Of a stretch of 64,000 nucleotides of DNA, positions 56,390-64,000 are shown piece after piece (within the stretch, counting starts at the first letter, position 1; the number at the start of each line of letters is the position of its first letter). Source of the stretch: Macrostomum lignano (Eukaryota); contig NIVC01002372.1 of NCBI GenBank assembly GCA_002269645.1, positions 115,722-179,721 of the forward strand, read 5' to 3'. A program made the position numbers and the translations under genes. The notes beneath the pieces are model-generated. The model ran no database searches and was not told where the DNA came from. It was given only the letters and a program-made list of their open reading frames with translations.

Positions 56390-58940
56390 CCCAAGTAAAA
56401 AAGATCCGACTTTTTAACGTTCAGAAAACGTTTTCGGCAAAACACTTTTAACGTTCTCGAAACGTTCTCGTGCAAACGTTCAAAACACGTTCAGAATGTC
56501 CCAACAAAAAACGTTCTGAAAGCGTTTACTCGAAACGTTTTAATTTAGACGAACTGACAACGATCTGAAACGTTTTCCTTAAAACGGTTTGATTTAAACG
56601 AACTTTAAACGTTTGTATGCAGCTTTCTTAGACAACTTTGCCGAAAGTTGAGGATTTAATGACACAAAAATTTAAAGAATTAAGTCATCTTGAAATAACA
56701 GCTCCTTACAGAATGTTTGAATGTTTAAAGATAAGCATAGGCTTGTGACTGCACTAAAGGACAAAGAAACTGGTCGCATTATTGAGCTTCAAGTTTATTT
56801 TATTAAAATTTCATTTGCAAATTTTGTAATGCTTGTGAAGTAAGGCATAAAAACTTTTGAGCTATTGCGCAGCTGCAGATAATAAATTCGGGTTGCTATA
56901 ATGCTTAGAAAAGTATATCACAGTGATAAATAAGCTGTGACAAACATGAAATGCACAAATAAAATGCATATTATTATTAAAAATGGTTTTCATGCACCGA
57001 ATTGGGTCTTCTTTGTGCTTTAACACCACCTTTGGAACACTTTTCTTTCGTTTAACTCTGCAAAGAAAAGCAGAAACCATGAAAGGCAGTTTTTTCTTGC
57101 CAGTCATTGAAACCATGGCCGACAGTGAGAGCAGCCTGTGCAGGATTTGATGGGCTCGATAGACCACTTCTTGAATGCTGTTGCGAGCTGCAACTCCTGG
57201 AAAGAAATGAAAATACTGTGTGATAATAGGGAAAAGCATTCAGTACAATGGCACTTGCAAAAGCTTAGCTTTGAAACTGAATAAAAAGATAATATTGTTG
57301 GTAGGAGGCAGCGCCAGACACTTTTTAAGTTAATATTAGGTCTGATTACAAAAACAATGTTATTAAAGTGCTCTTAGAAGGCTTTAAACAAAATGACAAC
57401 ACTGTAAGGGCTAAGAGCTGCCTTTGATTTTTGCATTGGAATTATGAATACGAGTAAAATAGGATTAAAGTGAAAAATATAAACTCAGAAGCACTTACCA
57501 GTTTTCACATCAATAAGCATTGTATAAAGATGTAGAATGAGCTACTGAAGAAGAGGCATATAGCAGGTCAATGGGGAGCTTGGCTGGCAGCAGGCAATTT
57601 TTTGGTAGTAGGCCTATAATTGCCATAATAGTCTGCTTTATCATTTTCTTGTACAATAGCAAATAACCAAAAGCTCCTTTAGGACAATCTTTTTAAAGGC
57701 TGAAATAGAAAGCAATTACCAAAGATATATGAAGAATAAGGGCCTATACATTTTAGCACCATGCAAACAAATAAATAGGCTTAGCCTTAGGCTAAATAAA
57801 CTTAGAAATTGACTAGAAAAGGTCAAACAAGGGCTTATATTAAGTAAATTTGGATTTTATTAAAATTAGTTTACTATAAAGTTAGGCTAAGTTAAGTAAT
57901 TTATTGCTTTAAATTTAATAACAAAAACTACACTAGAATAGAATAATTTAATTAGCATAGTCTATAATTACCTATAGACCTAGTAAACCAACAAGTAATA
58001 ATAATAATAAGTGATCTAAAAGACAACATAGTATTTAAAATAAAATATTGCTAAATACAATAAAAGCCAAAAGGTCATCCATATAAGAATAGTAATATTA
58101 GCATATAGCAATGGCAATGCCAATATGGGTAAGTCTGATTTAATTATAAAGTTATTAATTATTAATTAGCCCCTTTGGTTAGGAACAAAATAATGGCAAC
58201 CTTGTGTTGGTTTCCTGCTTAGACTGCTACAAAAAAGTAGTCAGACCCAAGGGGCCAAGGCCTAATAACAATGAAAAACAGCAATGCATTTGCACTATGC
58301 CTATGCCCTATGGCTATGCCAATGGGCTATGGCCATGGGTATGTGGAAATATAAAATATTATTAATATTGGTCTATAAAACTTAATTAAGTATACAAGTA
58401 GAGACCTATATAATGCCTCTGTCTATTACGCCTCTTAGTCTGGTCTGATCTAGCGGCTAGCCTAGACTTAACTCTAAAAAAAGCTAAGTTGTAGGCCTAT
58501 ACAGCATTACAGGTAATACAGAAACATATAGTTGAAAAATAGCAAATTTGGCATCATTTACGATCCATACCAATACAAAATCAATATTTACAAGCTAGGT
58601 GACTCTTAAAACTATAGTCAGCCGAAGTTGGCGAGCGAATATGTTTTAAAAACGTGCAGTCAGCCATATTTATTTTTAGGAGCTATAACAAAATTCACAC
58701 GAAGGCTTTCAAAAAGAAGAGAGAAAAAGCTTAAAAAAGTAACAAACCTCCACTGAAGAAGTTTTTTAGACTTTAATAGTGATAAAACTATAAAAGAGAG
58801 GCAAGTAAAAAGTATGTGAAAAGTGATGTTAAAAATTTCCCGTTGTATACGTTCAAAAACCGTTAGTTTGACGTCTTTAGAAAAACGTTTTCTTTAAGTC
58901 AAAGCAGAAAACGTTCGTGAAACGTCACGTTTTACTTGGG
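56390..58940. mobile_element. Non-autonomous CMC/EnSpm (CACTA-like) DNA transposon, 2551 bp
   Basis: 11-bp TIR CCCAAGTAAAA..TTTTACTTGGG, 2-bp TSD TC on both sides (56388-56389, 58941-58942), and dense subterminal AACGTT repeats at both ends. Confidence 0.7.
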
Positions 58941-59734
58941 TCGTGTCTTGTTAAGATAGTTTATTTAAAGAAAAACTACCATAGGCTTCACATACTTAAG
59001 TCATCCTTGATGAAAACCGTCGGCGTGAAACGGTGGGGGTTCTTCAGCTGTACAGTGGATTAACTGTCCGATGTCCGACTTTTTAACGACATAACAAATT
59101 TAACAAGTAAATCGAACATTTTCATTAGTATCTGTAAATAAACTATACAAACCAGATACGAAGTACTAGAAGGTGATTTTAAACTTAGCTTTAAAGATTG
59201 AAACTTAAAGTATTTTTTTACTACATTTTGAATGAATATATACCTTGGTTATTTAACGAAACACGTGGTGGGCAACCGTACAGTGACCGTATCAACTTTT
59301 TCTCTACTTCGGGTTTCTTGTTTATTCTTCCTATTTCTAGGTCATATTTTCTTTAGCCGCGATTAGTAAGAGGAGATAGAAAATTTTACAAGTTTAGAGC
59401 CTGATCGGGGCTTGGTATAAATCAGGAATTCATTCAACCAACTTTATCAGATCAGTGTATAGCCATAGGTTATAGGTAGGCCCCCCCCCCCTAGACAACC
59501 AAGGCTTTTAAATACAATTTACAGAATTTCAGTTTGGTTCGACATAGGCTTAGATAGTCTAGAAATACCAGCACAAAGGTCACAGCCCTCGCTGTCTTTA
59601 AATTCAACTAACACAAACGCTTGTGTGTTGCATAGAGTAGGCTAGTTCATATAGCTTCTAGTATTGCAGGTTTTACTTTAATTTTCTTCATAATCGTACA
59701 TAGTAGGCCTAGGCCCTAATTTTGAGTTTAAAAT

Positions 59735-62700
59735 ATGGAAAATGTGTGTTCATCCTGCAGCAAGGCTGTGTATTCTATGGAGCTTTTAAAGTGTATGGAT
59801 CAGGTAATTATGCAATTACAAATTCCTTAATTTGGTTCTTTGTAGTCTGTTTCAATAGAGTCCATAGTTATAGTCTTGATACAAGGTACTGGCTCTTGCA
59901 TTAGGCCTATATAATCTCCTTATTGTCCCTTTATTTGTTAATTTTTGTTAGTTTTTCTTTTTTATACTTATAATACATTATTTAACATAACTTCATAAAT
60001 AAGATCAAGGTAGGCCTGGCCACCTAGTTTTATTCTAGATTGAAAAGGCAGTGCTTATTTAGCTGGCACTGGTCAAATAAACCTATCACTATTTAGCTAG
60101 CAGTCTGGCCTATTACTGGTCAAATTAATAAGATTTTTTCTTTATAAATTTATCTTTATAAATCTGGTTGCACCACTAATAGGCACATTTGATACTAAAA
60201 AAACAGAATAAAAAAAACAATTTTATTATAATTTGATGCATTTTTAAAAAGTCCTATTCCACTATATAGTTAGCCCTATCAATGTACATTTTTACCTCTG
60301 TTGTTGGCCAGCTCCATCATTTCACCTTCACTGCCAGTTCCCCTATTTCTAGACAGTTTGAACTGATATGCAATTTGTCTAGACTTTGTAAAAAGCCACT
60401 TACTCAGTTCATGTCTTATTACTCATTTGTCATTAAAATTGACAATTGAAAGAAGTAGCCTAACTCCCCATTTTCAGTAGACACAACTTTTGTGGACCAA
60501 AAAATTAAGTTACCATAAAGGCATGGGCCAGATTATAATATTAAAGACTAGTGGTCGGACAATATTGAATTTTCAAGATTTTCGAGATTCGAGATTGGCC
60601 TCTTCAAGATATTCGAGATTTGATCGAGATTCGAGACATATAGTGGAACTGGTGGTAGGTCTATTAGACAAGCTCCCGGGATCCCAAGAACCATCTCCGA
60701 AGGCACAGGATTCAAAATGTTAAATAAAATTTTGCCAACCCAGTAAAACAAAGTATTGCTAACCATCATCAGCAAACAAAAATACAACTCATTGAAATAA
60801 CCGGATTACACATTAAATATTTCCATGTGGATACGAGGTACCTAACTGACAAACTAGCGAGACAAAAGAAACCATCAATGTCACATGTTGAGTGTTGATC
60901 TTGGACATCAACTTCAAGTAGCCGATGAATTGCTGAAACATTAATTGTTTAAAGCAGAAATGCATTACATTACAAATAAATTGAAAATAGTAAATATATT
61001 GTTCAAAACAGCGCGCATTCTCTAATGCAAGCCATGACCATCGGCATCTGTATGCTATATATAAACTATACATTCTTCGTAACATGCAAAATTTAAACAA
61101 AATATTGACATTGACACCATCAGGCTCTATGATATGATGCTGCATGCTTCTCATAGATCGAAATGTTTTTTCAAACATTAATTTTTATCTCAAATCTCGA
61201 CATTTTTTTTCGAGATTGTGAAGTTGAGATCAAGATTTGAGAAAACCCCAAGATCTCAGATCTCAAGATCGAGATCGAGATCTCATCTGACCCCTAATAA
61301 AGACAAAGGAAGCTTGCAGGCCACATAAAAAGTCTTTGAGGGCCAGATCTAGCCTAATAGCCAGAGGTTATAGACCTTTGCTATAGTATAATATTTTTGA
61401 GATTACTAGAGACTTATTTAAAAAAAGTTAGAGATAATTATTGGAAAACAACTAGCTATGGCTATGACTATTATAGTTAGCAGAATATAGATATGCTACA
61501 AGAAAAAATAGTTAAATGGCTAGGGTCTATGGAATTTATATATATATTTATATATATATATATATTTATATTTATATTTATATTTTTTTATATTTACAAG
61601 GTTTGTTCCAGAAATAGTGGGAAAAACTAGTATAGAGACTGATTGTGATTTCGAATATGATGCAACTTGTATCATAAGTAGAAAAAATCCAATGATTGTT
61701 TTGCTTTTTAAATGGGGTAAAAATGCCAATTCATTAAAAAGTTATGCCTATAATTAAAACAAGGGGTAGGGGGTAGAGTTACACCAAGTTGAAGGGTCTG
61801 CAAAGTCAGTCACACAGCATTGCCATTGCCCTTGACTGATGACTTTTCGACAAAGTCACCCCTCAGCCTGTAGCCTACAGCTGTTCTGCTTCTTCTTCAG
61901 ATTAGCTCCTGCTTTTTTGAGGGCTTGTGTGCTCTTTTGTTTCTCTTCAACTTCTTTGTTTGCTTCTGTTTTCAAATGGATGGTTCTGACTAAGCATCAA
62001 AAGTTTAGTCTATGACCAGCATAGTAGGCTCAACTTGGTATAACTCTACCCCCTACCCCTTGTTCTAATTATAGGAATAACTTTTAATGAATTGACATTT
62101 TTACCCCAATTACAAAGCAAAACAACCATTGGATTTTTTCTACTTATGACGCAAGTTGCATCAAATTTGAATATCACAGTCAGCTTCTATACTGGTTTTT
62201 ATATCTATTATTAGTAAAATGGATTAGTAAAATATCCATTATATTCCATTATTAGTAAAAATCCATTAATCTAAAGAATTACATATGTAATTAGTTAGTT
62301 AAGATGTATTGTCATTAGGAGAAACAATTTAATATCTAAAAGTACACAATCAAAACTTTGATATAAATCGGAGATATGAAATTATATATAGTTTAACTTG
62401 TTTTCCTAAATCTTGAAAATCAATATTTCAATTATGACATAAAATTTGTTTACTACTACTTATCATCTGTATTTAACTACTATATGCATTTCAAAACCTT
62501 ACTAGAAAAAAGGATTGAATATTGTACTTTTATTATTTTTATTTTGTATGTTTTAGGCATGGCACAGAACCTGCTTCAAATGCCAGACATGTGGCACCAC
62601 ACTCAACATCAATAATTACAAGGCCTATGACAAAAGGCCATACTGCAAAGTGTATGCATGTTTTATCTATAATTTCGTTTCATTTTTATGTTAACTCTCA

Positions 62701-62827
62701 ATTTCATTCTTATATTAGTGGATTTCTTTTTTATTTTAGGCATTACCCAGAGTCAAAGGCATATACCTTTGTCACTGACAACCAGGAAATTCGGAGAGTG
62801 AAGCAGAATACTGCTGTTATTAGCTCT
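59735..62827 (+). CDS. LASP1: LASP-type LIM and nebulin-repeat protein, first three coding exons (gene continues beyond window)
   Basis: Exons 59735-59803 (69 nt), 62557-62651 (95 nt) and 62740-62827 (88 nt) give MENVCSSCSKAVYSMELLKCMDQAWHRTCFKCQTCGTTLNINNYKAYDKRPYCKVHYPESKAYTFVTDNQEIRRVKQNTAVISS. LIM spacing is exact and a nebulin-repeat start follows, with GT-AG introns. Confidence 0.9.
60549..61296. mobile_element. hAT-like non-autonomous element in LASP intron 1
   Basis: Termini TAGTGGTCGGA / TAGGGGTCAGA (right end reverse-complemented), flanks TTAAAGAC / ATAAAGAC (8-bp TSD, 1 mismatch), and subterminal CGAGAT repeats. Confidence 0.7.
61613..62205. repeat. Long inverted repeat (~175-bp arms, ~230-bp spacer), probable MITE
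   Basis: 61613-61793 is the imperfect reverse complement of 62026-62205. Confidence 0.75.
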
Positions 62828-63029
62828 GTGAGTGGGACCTGGTGTTAATTTTTTATCTATTTTTGAGCATAATACCATGCCGATACTTAAGGACTAGCCA
62901 CAGATACAAAATATTTAGGCTATTTAGGCCACAGGTATTTAGTATCTGTGGGACTAGCTGACTTATCCAAATCCTTAGTTGCTAGGCCATCGCTACCCTC
63001 TCAGATCCTTAGGCGCTGGAAGCCCCCCC

Positions 63030-63950
63030 CCTCCAGATCGTCAGTTGCTGGGCCAGCCTCCCAGATCGTCAGTTTTTGGGCCAGCCTCCCAGATCGTCAG
63101 TTTTTGGGCCAGCCTCCCAGATCGTCAGTTTTTGGACCAGCCTCCCAGATCCTCAGTTACTGGGCCAGCCTCCCAGATCCTCAGTTACTGGGCCAGCCTC
63201 CCAGATCCTCAGTTGCTGGGCCAGCCTCCCAGATCCTCAGTTGCTGGGCCAGCCTCCCAGATCCTCAGTTACTGGGACAGCCTCCCAGATCCTCAGTTGC
63301 TGGGCCAGCCTCCCAGATCCTCAGTTGCTGGGCAGCCAGCTCCCAGATCCTCAGTTGCTGGGCCAGCCAGCCTCCCAGATCCTCAGTTGCTAGCCAGCCT
63401 CCCAGATCCTCAGTTGCTGGGCCAGCCTCCCAGATCCTCAGTTGCTGGGCCAGCCTCCCAGATCCTCAGTTGCTGGGCCAGCCTCCCAGATCCTCAGTTG
63501 CTGGGCCAGCCTCCCAGATCCTCAGTTGCTGGGCCAGCCAGCCTCCCAGATCCTCAGTTGCTAGCCAGCCTCCCAGATCCTCAGTTGCTGGGCCAGCCTC
63601 CCAGATCCTCAGTTGCTGGGCCAGCCTCCCAGATCCTCAGTTGCTGGGCCAGCCTCTCAGATCCTCAGTTTTGGGCCAGCCTCCAGATCCTCAGTTGCTG
63701 GGCCAGCCTCCCAGATCCTCAGTTTGGGCAGCCTCCCAGATCCTCAGTTGCTGGGCCAGCCTCCCAGATCCTCAGTTGCTGGGCCAGCCTCCCAGATCCT
63801 CAGTTGCTGGGCCAGCCTCCCAGATCCTCAGTTACTGGGCCAGCCTCCCAGATCCTCAGTTGCTGGGCCAGCTCATAGATCCTCAGTTTTGGGCCAGCCT
63901 CCCAGATCCTCAGTTACTGGGCCAGCCTCCCAGATCCTCAGTTACTGGCA
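63030..63950. repeat. 28-bp minisatellite (gggccagcctcccagatcctcagttgct), ~33 copies, in LASP intron 3
   Basis: Clear period 28 with point variants and short indels. Confidence 0.95.
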
Positions 63951-64000
63951 GCTCCTGAAATCCTATATTTAAGACGCTACTTAGAACTTAAGAGCCTAGT

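Noticed and set aside
62948-63972. 336-aa and 299-aa repetitive ORFs
   Set aside because: The 28-bp period is not a multiple of 3 and lies in a LASP intron; all plus frames are open only because the unit lacks stops.

Overview
Repeat-rich animal genomic DNA. GT-AG introns, TTAGGG-type repeats and intronless GC-rich genes resemble the flatworm Macrostomum, but the species is an inference. Host genes: a complete 6-exon mitochondrial-type aldehyde dehydrogenase (5221-10077), a divergent pair of intronless TRAIP-like RING-H2/coiled-coil genes, a secreted C-type lectin with a PAN-like tail, two disrupted DEG/ENaC paralogs, and the first three coding exons of a LASP (LIM-nebulin repeat) gene. The dominant structure is a 28.8 kb head-to-tail array (22405-51241) of 13 non-autonomous Helitron-like units. 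Typical units begin TC (sometimes TA), end with a GC hairpin plus CTCG, and the whole array sits between an A and a T. Three subfamilies (A, B, C) are joined exactly end-to-end. Many units carry telomere-like (TAACCC)n, C/EBP-type palindromes and, in B and C, long polypurine tracts. The window also holds Tc1, foldback, hAT-like and CMC/EnSpm-like non-autonomous elements with recognisable TIRs/TSDs, two SINE families, RTE-like LINE remnants and many minisatellites. All alignments and boundaries were read by eye.
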